This document shows, one piece after another, positions 56,095-64,000 of a stretch of 64,000 nt of DNA. Each line of letters starts with the position of its first letter. Within the stretch, counting starts at the first letter, position 1. The stretch is from an uncultured Gammaproteobacteria bacterium. Lineage in GTDB: Bacteria > Patescibacteriota > Microgenomatia > Levybacterales > GWA1-39-11. The stretch is taken from positions 12,673 to 76,672 of the forward strand of contig CAZDED010000008.1 in assembly GCA_964504535.1 (NCBI GenBank), given 5' to 3'. The translations under genes were made by a program, and so were the position numbers. The notes beneath the pieces are model-generated. The model worked only from the letters and a program-made list of their open reading frames with translations. It had not been told where the DNA came from and searched no databases.

Positions 56095-56568
56095 CTACCT
56101 CGTAACGGCAATTGAAACGCTTAGCTGCGCATTTGGAGCACTTACAGATATCCTGTTATCCGTTGCGCTCACAGACGCTACATATCCAGTATCATAAGAA
56201 GAACAATTCACAATCGGGGCGCTGTTTGTCGCTGAGGGATCAGCTGGTAAAGCTGCCAGATATTTAGGTACAAGACTACTACAAAGATCAGCATTTCCAG
56301 CACCACTAGCAATTGTTCTGTTTCCAGCTCCACCAGCAGGCATTCCAACAGGCATGTTGCCTAAATTGTCAACCATATATTGCTGTATTGCATTCAGGAT
56401 CGCACCAACATCAGAACTTCTTTTTGTGTTATTTGCCAAAGCAAACTGTCTAGCAGGATTTATTGCTACAATTGCAATTGACAAAAGCAAAGCTAGAATC
56501 CCCATGACAAGCAATGTCTCAATTAATGTAAATCCATAAGAAAGCTTTTTGGACAGATTTCGCCTCAT
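56095..56568 (-). CDS. Type IV pilin-like protein
   Basis: Prepilin cleavage motif GFTLIE, hydrophobic helix, and LVPKYLAALPADP. Confidence 0.92.
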   Translation of the reverse strand: MRRNLSKKLSYGFTLIETLLVMGILALLLSIAIVAINPARQFALANNTKRSSDVGAILNAIQQYMVDNLGNMPVGMPAGGAGNRTIASGAGNADLCSSLVPKYLAALPADPSATNSAPIVNCSSYDTGYVASVSATDNRISVSAPNAQLSVSIAVTR

Positions 56569-56614
56569 AAATTATATGATGCGTATAAATCAGAATTTTG
56601 TCAAGCGAGGTAAC

Positions 56615-57067
56615 CTAGAATTTTAATGTTAAGGTTTCAAAAATGCTCTTAAAAAAAACTTTAATTTCTTCAATAAACGAATGTTGCTGCTCTTTTATGA
56701 TCTTTTTTTGCTCGATCAATGCGATTTTTGCAGCGGAAGATGCGTGCGGAGTCGGGATCAGTACATCATCTTTGTCATCGTCGATTTCCGTATTTTTGTT
56801 TGACGAATTATTGTTGACGTTAACGGTCGATGATCCATCGTCAGATTCCATATGAGTACAATCATCTCCATTTTTTGTATCACATTCTTTAACAACTCCA
56901 TTTGTTTCTATCCTAATATGAGTGTTTCCAGTAACAACAGAGTTTGAATTGCTTGACGAGTTAGTAATTGACTGCACAGAAACAGTCGATTCAGAAGCAT
57001 AGGAAAAGAAAGGATTTGCGAGTACTAATATCGGAATAATAAGAAAAATCTGCCTAAAATTTTTCAT
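56615..57067 (-). CDS. Secreted low-complexity hypothetical protein
   Basis: Signal peptide and S/N/D-rich body. Start is placed at MKNF. Confidence 0.65.
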   Translation of the reverse strand: MKNFRQIFLIIPILVLANPFFSYASESTVSVQSITNSSSNSNSVVTGNTHIRIETNGVVKECDTKNGDDCTHMESDDGSSTVNVNNNSSNKNTEIDDDKDDVLIPTPHASSAAKIALIEQKKIIKEQQHSFIEEIKVFFKSIFETLTLKF

Positions 57068-57136
57068 ACCCCATACTAGCAGACTCATGGAAGTGAGTCA
57101 AATTCAGCCAACTTGGTGATATACTCAAGCATAACA

Positions 57137-58141
57137 ATGCCAAAAAACAAACAAAAAAAATTGTTATGGGTTGATGTAATGAGAGTTGTTGCGATTTACT
57201 TTGTGATTGCGATCCATACGTCATTACCTCCTGCAAATCTTCTCGACATTAAAAGCTCTTTTTTCTTTCTTGCATCATTCACCGTAATAAAAGTTTGTGT
57301 TCCTCTTTTTGTAATGCTTAGCGGTGCCTTGCTTCTGGGGAAACATGAATCAATCTCTTTCTTTTTATCAAAAAGGGTTTCAAAGGTTCTTGTGCCGTGG
57401 TTCTTGTGGACTCTCATTTACATGGTGTGGAATTACAGCGCTCATTCGTATCATCCTGCAAATCCTTCGCAATGGAAATATTTTTTCGAACTTACTTTTT
57501 TCTCACAGTTGTGGTTCTTACCACTTATTTTTTCTTTATATCTCATAACTCCTATCTTCAGGTTGTTTGTCCCTCATCTTTCAAAAAATAACAGACTTTA
57601 TCTTATGACACTATGGTTTTTATTCGTAATTATTATTCCATTTTTTCATACAGGCACCACTTTTCCCCGTGCTGAAGAATCCGGATTGGTACCTGTTACC
57701 TTTTACTACTCGGGTTATTTTATTCTTGGTTATTTTCTTAGCACAATGAAATTACCAAAAAATATGGTTCAACGGTCAATTGGGCTACTTCTTATTGGTA
57801 TTGCTATTACTTTTATTGAACTGGGGCTTGGAAAAGGAGCTCATCTGTTCGATTATTTTTCCCCCGCAGTTACAGTGTCATCCATTGCGGTTTTTTTGTT
57901 AATCTTTTCCGTGTGTAAAAGATATTCAGGAAATACTACGAAGGACAAACTTATCTCCTCAATAGGTAGCGCCAGCCTGGGTATCTACATCATACACAGC
58001 TTGATTGCAGAGGTCCTGAAGCCAATAGTTCCATTCCTATCTAATACCGGTTATATTTACGCCCTGGTGTTGTTTGGGATTTCCTATCTTCTTGTCATTA
58101 CACTCAGAAAAATACCTGCTGGTAAGATTCTTGTTCCTTGA
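57137..58141 (+). CDS. Acyltransferase 3 family O-acetyltransferase (WecH-like)
   Basis: WVDVMRVVA...IH, VPLFVMLSGALL, QLWFL and SLGIYIIH. Confidence 0.9.
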   Translation: MPKNKQKKLLWVDVMRVVAIYFVIAIHTSLPPANLLDIKSSFFFLASFTVIKVCVPLFVMLSGALLLGKHESISFFLSKRVSKVLVPWFLWTLIYMVWNYSAHSYHPANPSQWKYFFELTFFSQLWFLPLIFSLYLITPIFRLFVPHLSKNNRLYLMTLWFLFVIIIPFFHTGTTFPRAEESGLVPVTFYYSGYFILGYFLSTMKLPKNMVQRSIGLLLIGIAITFIELGLGKGAHLFDYFSPAVTVSSIAVFLLIFSVCKRYSGNTTKDKLISSIGSASLGIYIIHSLIAEVLKPIVPFLSNTGYIYALVLFGISYLLVITLRKIPAGKILVP

Positions 58142-58993
58142 TCAAATAAAATACTTAAGGATCTCAAAAATGCCATTTTGATCTACATGAGGTGCAATGA
58201 GGTAATTACCTTCTCCTTTTGTTTTGACTAATTCTTTTATGGTTTCATCCGCATTCTCCATAGTGGCCACATACTTGCAATGTTTCATGAAATTCCAATC
58301 TGAGGAAGCATCACCAATCCCAAGCATCTCATCGAATGACAATGAAAGGCTCTCTATTGTTTCTTTTATCGCATTTTCTTTCGAAACGTTTGGTGCAGTT
58401 ATAACTCCTGACTTTATTCCTGGAAGAAAAGGGTGGGTAGACCAAATGAAATTTACTCTTTTGCCAAGTGACCTGGCAATATCTGAAAGAATTTCTACCT
58501 CATGGTCTTCACGAGCAAAACACAAAACTTTTATGATATCTTTCTGCCCTGCAATTTGCGAAAGAGACTCTACAATTGTTGGATCTTTTTGCAGTATTTC
58601 AATTCTCTTTTTTGTAAATTCAGATACCTGGCTGCGATCCATAAAATACGCATCCGGAATATATATTTCAATATATATATTTTTGCTGAGGCACTGCGCG
58701 ATTAAATCCAAAAGATCGTCTTTTTCAATGACATGCTCGCTGATTATTTGACCCTCAAGTGGATTTATTACCAAAGCTCCACCGTCAGTTACGTGAGGGT
58801 TATTGAGGTTTGCTTTCTCTATTATTTCTATAATTGCATACCCGAATTTAGCAGTACAAAGAATAATCGGCATTCCTTTTGCATGAAGCTTGAAAAGTGC
58901 ACTTATAACATCCGTGTTTGGGTAGGGGAAATTTAAACCCGGCTTGTCACCGACTATCACTCCGTCTACATCTAAAATTATTCCCTTAACCAT
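58142..58993 (-). CDS. Cof-type HAD-IIB hydrolase
   Basis: DVDGV, CTAK, SK and GDASSD. Confidence 0.88.
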   Translation of the reverse strand: MVKGIILDVDGVIVGDKPGLNFPYPNTDVISALFKLHAKGMPIILCTAKFGYAIIEIIEKANLNNPHVTDGGALVINPLEGQIISEHVIEKDDLLDLIAQCLSKNIYIEIYIPDAYFMDRSQVSEFTKKRIEILQKDPTIVESLSQIAGQKDIIKVLCFAREDHEVEILSDIARSLGKRVNFIWSTHPFLPGIKSGVITAPNVSKENAIKETIESLSLSFDEMLGIGDASSDWNFMKHCKYVATMENADETIKELVKTKGEGNYLIAPHVDQNGIFEILKYFI

Positions 58994-59051
58994 CTACTGA
59001 TTATAACAACAAAGAGAAATATATATAGCTAGAATCTGTTAGAATACAAAC

Positions 59052-59696
59052 ATGTCTCCTATAGAAGAGAAAGTTTTTGCTTTTTTCCTACTACATAAGA
59101 AGCAGAAATATAAAAAAGGTGAGCTTTTGATCAGGGCAGACGATCAACCGTCCGGAATATTCTATCTAAGAAGTGGCACAGTAAAAGTTTATGCAATATC
59201 TAAGAAGGGTGACGAATTGGTTGTCAATTTATTTAAGCCAAAAGCTTTTTTCCCCATGTCGTGGGCAATAAGCAATACTACCAATTCACATTTTTATGAA
59301 GCGGTTACAGACCTTGAAGTATTCCGCTGTCCCAAACAAGATGTTGTAGAATTTGTCAAAAACAATCCTGATGTTTTATATGATCTTCTCTTAAGAGTTT
59401 ATCTAGGTATAGAGGGACTTCTTAATAGAATAACTTATTTGATGGCAGGAAACGCTAGTACGCGGCTTGTTTCTGAACTAACAACACTTGCCAGAAGATT
59501 TGGCACTCCAACTGCTAATGGAATACAAATACTGATTTCAGAGAAAGACATTGCCTCCCAGACCGGTATGACAAGAGAAACAATCAGCAGGGAGTTAAAA
59601 ATACTCAAAAGTAAAAAACTAGTCAACGTCGAAAGGAATAAAATTATAATTCTTGATACTGAGAAATTTCAAGATGAGCTTTCTGAAGGAATTTAG
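59052..59696 (+). CDS. Crp/Fnr family transcriptional regulator
   Basis: cNMP-like beta-barrel (YLRSGTVKV) and HTH IASQTGMTRETISR. Confidence 0.93.
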   Translation: MSPIEEKVFAFFLLHKKQKYKKGELLIRADDQPSGIFYLRSGTVKVYAISKKGDELVVNLFKPKAFFPMSWAISNTTNSHFYEAVTDLEVFRCPKQDVVEFVKNNPDVLYDLLLRVYLGIEGLLNRITYLMAGNASTRLVSELTTLARRFGTPTANGIQILISEKDIASQTGMTRETISRELKILKSKKLVNVERNKIIILDTEKFQDELSEGI

Positions 59697-60049
59697 ACAG
59701 TAGACTTTGTAATAATCTCACTTGTCGGAATGATTCTACTCCTTTTTTTTGAAATCAGTGGCAACCCGGTCGGAAGAAGATAGCCTTGCCACAAACCATT
59801 TCCAACAAAAAATTCTAAATGCAGGAGGTCTGTTAGATCAACTTCATCTTTTACATTGTAAAGCCTGTAATTACCAGATGAAATCACATTTTTTACCCTA
59901 TGAGACAGAGAGGTAAGAACAAGCATCTCACCTATTTTTGGCGCTAAAAGCCAAACATACTTCTCCCTATCTAATTCAAGAACCCTGTTGTTATGCTTAG
60001 TCTCGTACAAACGGTAATTTCCGTTTTTAACAGTTTGGATCATGGCCAT
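59693..60049 (-). CDS. Hypothetical protein with internal GNYRLY repeat
   Basis: NGNYRLYE and SGNYRLYN. Divergent from ppsA. Confidence 0.7.
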   Translation of the reverse strand: MAMIQTVKNGNYRLYETKHNNRVLELDREKYVWLLAPKIGEMLVLTSLSHRVKNVISSGNYRLYNVKDEVDLTDLLHLEFFVGNGLWQGYLLPTGLPLISKKRSRIIPTSEIITKSTV

Positions 60050-60076
60050 ACATTAGCTGAAATATTAAATATTTGC

Positions 60077-60113
60077 TATGATATATATCACACAATTTTT
60101 TGATCAATATCAT
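60077..60113. promoter_or_regulatory. Two Crp/Fnr-type boxes
   Basis: TATGA-TATATA-TCACA (60077-60092) and TTGAT-CAAT-ATCAT (60100-60113). Confidence 0.65.
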
Positions 60114-60160
60114 TTTTCTGAAAAATTGTATATTATTTAATTAGATAGTCAGAAATTCTT

Positions 60161-62620
60161 ATGGATAAATCGCAAAAATTTATACTCTGGTTTGATGAAG
60201 TAAATAAAGACGATATTCCTCTTGTTGGGGGTAAAAATGCCAATCTTGGGGAAATGTATCAGAATCTGACCAACGCCACCAGCCAACTATTTCCAGACGA
60301 GCACGTAAAGGTTCCTTTTGGATTTGCGGTTACAGCGTATTCATACAAATATTTCATTGAAAAGAATCAGCTGGATGCAAGAATTCGAGAACTGTTACAA
60401 AATCTAAACACTTCAGATATAAAACAATTAGAAGATGTTGGAAGTAAAATCAGAGACCTCATTATTTCGTCTCCATTTCCAGACGATCTTCAGAAAGAGA
60501 TCAATGATGCTTATCATCAACTCCCACAAAAGCTTGGACAAGGAAGTGAAGACTGCGATGTGGCTGTCAGATCTTCTGCAACTGCTGAAGATCTGCCTGA
60601 CGCCTCGTTTGCCGGACAACAAGAATCATACCTCAATATCAAAGGAGAGCACGCGTTGTCAGACGCCATAAAGAAAGCTTTTGCCTCACTTTTTACAAAT
60701 AGAGCAATTTCCTACAGAGTTGATCAAAACTTTGACCATTTCAAAGTTGCACTCTCTGTTGCAGTCCAAAAAATGGTGCGATCTGACAGAGGGTGTAGTG
60801 GTGTAATGTTTACGCTAGACTCAGATAGTGGATTTCGCGATGTTGTTCTGATCAATGGATCGTGGGGACTTGGTGAATATATCGTAAAAGGGATAGTCAC
60901 TCCAGATGAATTTATGGTTCACAAACCAACGCTCATCAAAGGCTTTTCCTCCATAATAAGTAAAAGACTGGGTTCCAAAGAAAAGAAGCTTATCTATTCA
61001 ACAGAAGGCACAAATCCGACAAAAGATGTTGCAGTTGCTCCTAACGAAAGGCAAACATATGTCTTGAATGAAGAGCAAATCTTGCAGCTTTCCCGATGGG
61101 GAATAATTATTGAAGATCATTACCAAAAGCCAATGGATATCGAATGGGCCTATGACGGTGAACAAAATACTTTGTATATTGTTCAGGCAAGACCAGAAAC
61201 AGTTCAGGCACGCAAAGACGGCATGTCGCTTGAAGAATATGTACTGGAAGAACATGCTACCGTTCTTGCGCAAGGGGCCTCTGTTGGACGTAAAATCGGA
61301 ACCGGAACTGCACATTTCATTAAAGATCCATCCCAATTGTCTGAGTTTAAGCAAGGTGAGGTTCTTCTTGCCGAGATCACCGATCCAGACTGGGAGCCAA
61401 TCATGAAAATAGCAGGTGCAATTGTAACCAATTCAGGTGGTCGGACATCCCACGCAGCAATTGTGTCTCGGGAGCTTGGTATACCGGCAATAGTAGGAAC
61501 TGGTAATGCAACAAATGTCATCCCAAATGGGAAAGAGATAACAGTCAGCTGCTCTGAGGGTGAAGTTGGAAAGGTGTATGAAGGAATTCTCAAATACAGA
61601 ATAGACAAGACCGACCTGACTGGATTTGAGCTTCCAAAAACAGCGGTGAAAATGATAATAGCTGACCCCGAATTGGTTTTCAGCACTTCTTTTATTCCGA
61701 ATATGGGAGTAGGGCTAGCGCGTGAAGAATTTATTATTTCAAACTATATTAAGATCCACCCAAATGCACTTTTAGACTATGGTTCTTTGACCGATATGGA
61801 TGTAAAAAGACAAATTGATGAGCTAACTGTTGGCTATCCTAATAAAGTTGATTACTACGTAGACAAGCTAGCTTATGGAATAGCGATACTTGCATCAGCT
61901 TTCTATCCACACGAAGTACTCTTGCGTTTTAGTGACTTCAAGTCAAACGAATACGCTGGGCTTATCGGAGGCAAATTGTATGAGCCCCATGAGGAAAACC
62001 CTATGATAGGGTGGCGTGGTGCTTCGCGATATACAGATGAAAAATTCTCGCGAGCTTTTGCCCTTGAATGCCAAGCAGTCAACAAAGTAAGAACCCAGAT
62101 GGGACTATACAATCTTCAAGTTATGATCCCATTCTGTAGAACCCCTGAAGAAGGCAGAAAAGTAATAGAAGAAATGGGCAAAAATGGCCTGTATCATGAT
62201 AAAGGTAAAAATCTTCAATCCACAGGCGAACTGGACGAGAATTTACACATATGGGTAATGGCAGAAATTCCATCAAATATTATTTTGGTTGAGGAATTTG
62301 CAGATATATTTGACGGGTTCTCTATAGGCTCAAATGATCTTACTCAATTAACGCTTGGACTTGACCGGGATTCAAAGCTCATTGCTCACATCGCCAATGA
62401 AAATAACCCTGCTGTTCACTCATTGATAAGCACTCTTATAAAGAAAGCTCATGAGAAGGGACTAAAAGTAGGTATATGTGGACAGGGTCCATCGGACTTT
62501 CCTGAGCTAGCAGAATTTTTGGTCCGCGAAGGAGTCGATTCTATCTCACTTAATCCAGACACCGTACTAAAGACCGCACTGAAGATAAAGGAAGTAGAAA
62601 ATAGCATCCAATCTTCTTGA
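60161..62620 (+). CDS. ppsA: Phosphoenolpyruvate synthase
   Basis: VGGKNANLGEM, VAVRSSATAED, GGRTSHAAIVSRELG, FSIGSNDLTQ and GICGQGPSD. Confidence 0.97.
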   Translation: MDKSQKFILWFDEVNKDDIPLVGGKNANLGEMYQNLTNATSQLFPDEHVKVPFGFAVTAYSYKYFIEKNQLDARIRELLQNLNTSDIKQLEDVGSKIRDLIISSPFPDDLQKEINDAYHQLPQKLGQGSEDCDVAVRSSATAEDLPDASFAGQQESYLNIKGEHALSDAIKKAFASLFTNRAISYRVDQNFDHFKVALSVAVQKMVRSDRGCSGVMFTLDSDSGFRDVVLINGSWGLGEYIVKGIVTPDEFMVHKPTLIKGFSSIISKRLGSKEKKLIYSTEGTNPTKDVAVAPNERQTYVLNEEQILQLSRWGIIIEDHYQKPMDIEWAYDGEQNTLYIVQARPETVQARKDGMSLEEYVLEEHATVLAQGASVGRKIGTGTAHFIKDPSQLSEFKQGEVLLAEITDPDWEPIMKIAGAIVTNSGGRTSHAAIVSRELGIPAIVGTGNATNVIPNGKEITVSCSEGEVGKVYEGILKYRIDKTDLTGFELPKTAVKMIIADPELVFSTSFIPNMGVGLAREEFIISNYIKIHPNALLDYGSLTDMDVKRQIDELTVGYPNKVDYYVDKLAYGIAILASAFYPHEVLLRFSDFKSNEYAGLIGGKLYEPHEENPMIGWRGASRYTDEKFSRAFALECQAVNKVRTQMGLYNLQVMIPFCRTPEEGRKVIEEMGKNGLYHDKGKNLQSTGELDENLHIWVMAEIPSNIILVEEFADIFDGFSIGSNDLTQLTLGLDRDSKLIAHIANENNPAVHSLISTLIKKAHEKGLKVGICGQGPSDFPELAEFLVREGVDSISLNPDTVLKTALKIKEVENSIQSS

Positions 62621-62631
62621 TCTAAATCACA
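62617..62631. promoter_or_regulatory. Fnr/Crp-type box upstream of the cupin operon
   Basis: TTGAT-CTAA-ATCACA, overlapping the ppsA stop codon. Confidence 0.55.
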
Positions 62632-62692
62632 TCTCAAAATTATTTTACCTCACCGACTTCTTGTCTTTTGAGACGTATAGTGACACTAGTAT

Positions 62693-63058
62693 ATGTTCAT
62701 TGAAGATATTAAAAAAATAACAAAAGAAAATTCCAACTTTAGAGAGGTTATCCATACCGGCAAATTTGGGCAAATCGTTGTCATGAGTATTCCAATTGGC
62801 GGTGAAATTGGTGAAGAAGTCCATAAAGGAATGGATCAAATGCTATTTATTGTTAAGGGGAACGGGATGGGTTTTTTGGCTAAAGAAAAAAGGGCAGTAG
62901 TTGAGCATGATGTCATGTATGTACATGCTGGAACAAAACACAATCTTGTAAATATTGGCTCGACAGACCTAAAGATATTTACAATTTATGCACCACCTGG
63001 ACACGCAGACGGAACAATACACAAAACGAAAGAGGATGCAGAAAAAGAGGAGGTGTGA
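62693..63058 (+). CDS. Cupin domain protein
   Basis: NFREVIHTG, GEIGEEVH, GTKHN and TIYAPPGH. Confidence 0.9.
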   Translation: MFIEDIKKITKENSNFREVIHTGKFGQIVVMSIPIGGEIGEEVHKGMDQMLFIVKGNGMGFLAKEKRAVVEHDVMYVHAGTKHNLVNIGSTDLKIFTIYAPPGHADGTIHKTKEDAEKEEV

Positions 63059-63510
63059 ACGTAGCAATGAAGATGTATTTAATTATACTAGTGGACAGAC
63101 AACGGGGAAGAATGTTCACATTTGGGGAAGGGGAAATTGTCAGAAGTCTTGAACTCATAAATGATGATGCTCCTCAGAAGGTTAAAAATGGAGAAAATAC
63201 ATGGGATGCACAAGACAAGATTTTTAGACACATAGAGGATCATTTGCATCGCCATTTAGTAAAAGTTACTGAGGCTGCACGAGAATTTGTAAAAAAAGAA
63301 AAAATAAGAGGAGTAATAATAGGTGGCCACAAACCTCTTTTTTCAAAAATTGAATCTGAGATGCGGTATCCTTTATCAAAAAAAGTGTTAGGAAAATTCG
63401 TGACAGAACTTAAAGTACCTACAAAAGAAATTGTTGCTCGGGTAAAGGAAGCAATATCAGAAATAGAAGCTTTGGAAACTGAAAATATGCTTCAACAATC
63501 TCTCAGGTAG
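63055..63510 (+). CDS. Host-attachment/baeRF (eRF1 domain-2-like) protein
   Basis: LVDRQRGRMF...RHIEDHLHRHL...VIIGG. Confidence 0.7.
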   Translation: MNVAMKMYLIILVDRQRGRMFTFGEGEIVRSLELINDDAPQKVKNGENTWDAQDKIFRHIEDHLHRHLVKVTEAAREFVKKEKIRGVIIGGHKPLFSKIESEMRYPLSKKVLGKFVTELKVPTKEIVARVKEAISEIEALETENMLQQSLR

Positions 63511-63528
63511 GGTAAAAGGAGGGATCCA

Positions 63529-63864
63529 ATGAAGAGTATAAACGAAGTCTTGGTTTATCTTATTCTTATACATGGATTGATGCATCTTTTGGGATTTGCA
63601 AAATCAGCGAAAATAGTGGAGCTGGATCAATTTTCTTCAGATGTTCCTTCATGGTATGGTTTTTTATGGCTAATATCATCAATTATGTTTATCACCGCTG
63701 CTGTTTTTATCATCCTGAATTTTAGATATTGGGAAATATGTGTTATAAGCTCGCTTTTAATATCTCAGCTTCTTATTTTAAAATTCTGGGCAGATGCTAA
63801 GGTTGGAACTATTGCTAATTTCGTTATACTAATTGCCTTCTTAATATCCATAAGCGTAAAATAG
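63529..63864 (+). CDS. Small 4-TM membrane protein
   Basis: IHGLMHLLGF...SQLLILKFWADAKVGTIAN. Confidence 0.75.
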   Translation: MKSINEVLVYLILIHGLMHLLGFAKSAKIVELDQFSSDVPSWYGFLWLISSIMFITAAVFIILNFRYWEICVISSLLISQLLILKFWADAKVGTIANFVILIAFLISISVK

Positions 63865-64000
63865 TGTAGAACATATCTCCTATGGCAAGTCTTGACTATA
63901 AAGAAAAAATGATGGGAACTAAAAAAGAGAATGGCACCCATCAAATTGTTGTCACCCATTTGACGATCCGTCAAAGTATTTTTTTCCTACACTTAAGATT

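Noticed and set aside
1624-63974. Numerous 60-175 aa ORFs antisense to or nested in called genes (e.g. 1624-1968, 11653-12138, 37988-38455, 58224-58751, 61204-61686)
   Set aside because: They are shadow frames of well-supported genes and have no recognisable motifs.

Overview
Gene-dense, AT-rich bacterial chromosome segment. Gene content and style suggest a Patescibacteria (CPR), Microgenomates-like genome, which is an inference. It carries housekeeping genes (rarA, murF, D,D-carboxypeptidase, obg, a DEAD-box helicase, msrB, ppsA) and two tRNAs, Ala-GGC and Leu-TAA. The main accessory feature is a ~21-kb co-oriented island (12.2-33.2 kb). It is headed by a small excisionase/BldC-like HTH gene that sits behind a leader terminator. 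The island encodes two fused glycosyltransferases, a CDP-sugar pathway, four paralogous GT2s, a GT4, two GT-C-type membrane transferases, a GH-like protein, a sortase with an adjacent LASTG-tagged substrate, and a large secreted protein. Other highlights are a three-gene ApbE/FMN-binding/RnfD-FNR flavinylation module and a REP-associated tyrosine transposase flanked by perfect 52-bp hairpin direct repeats. The window also has an MshC-like truncated CysRS, a Crp/Fnr regulator with TTGAT-N4-ATCA boxes around ppsA, two candidate small RNAs, intergenic heptamer repeats, and a pervasive leaderless promoter architecture. All calls come from motif reading by eye; no searches were run.
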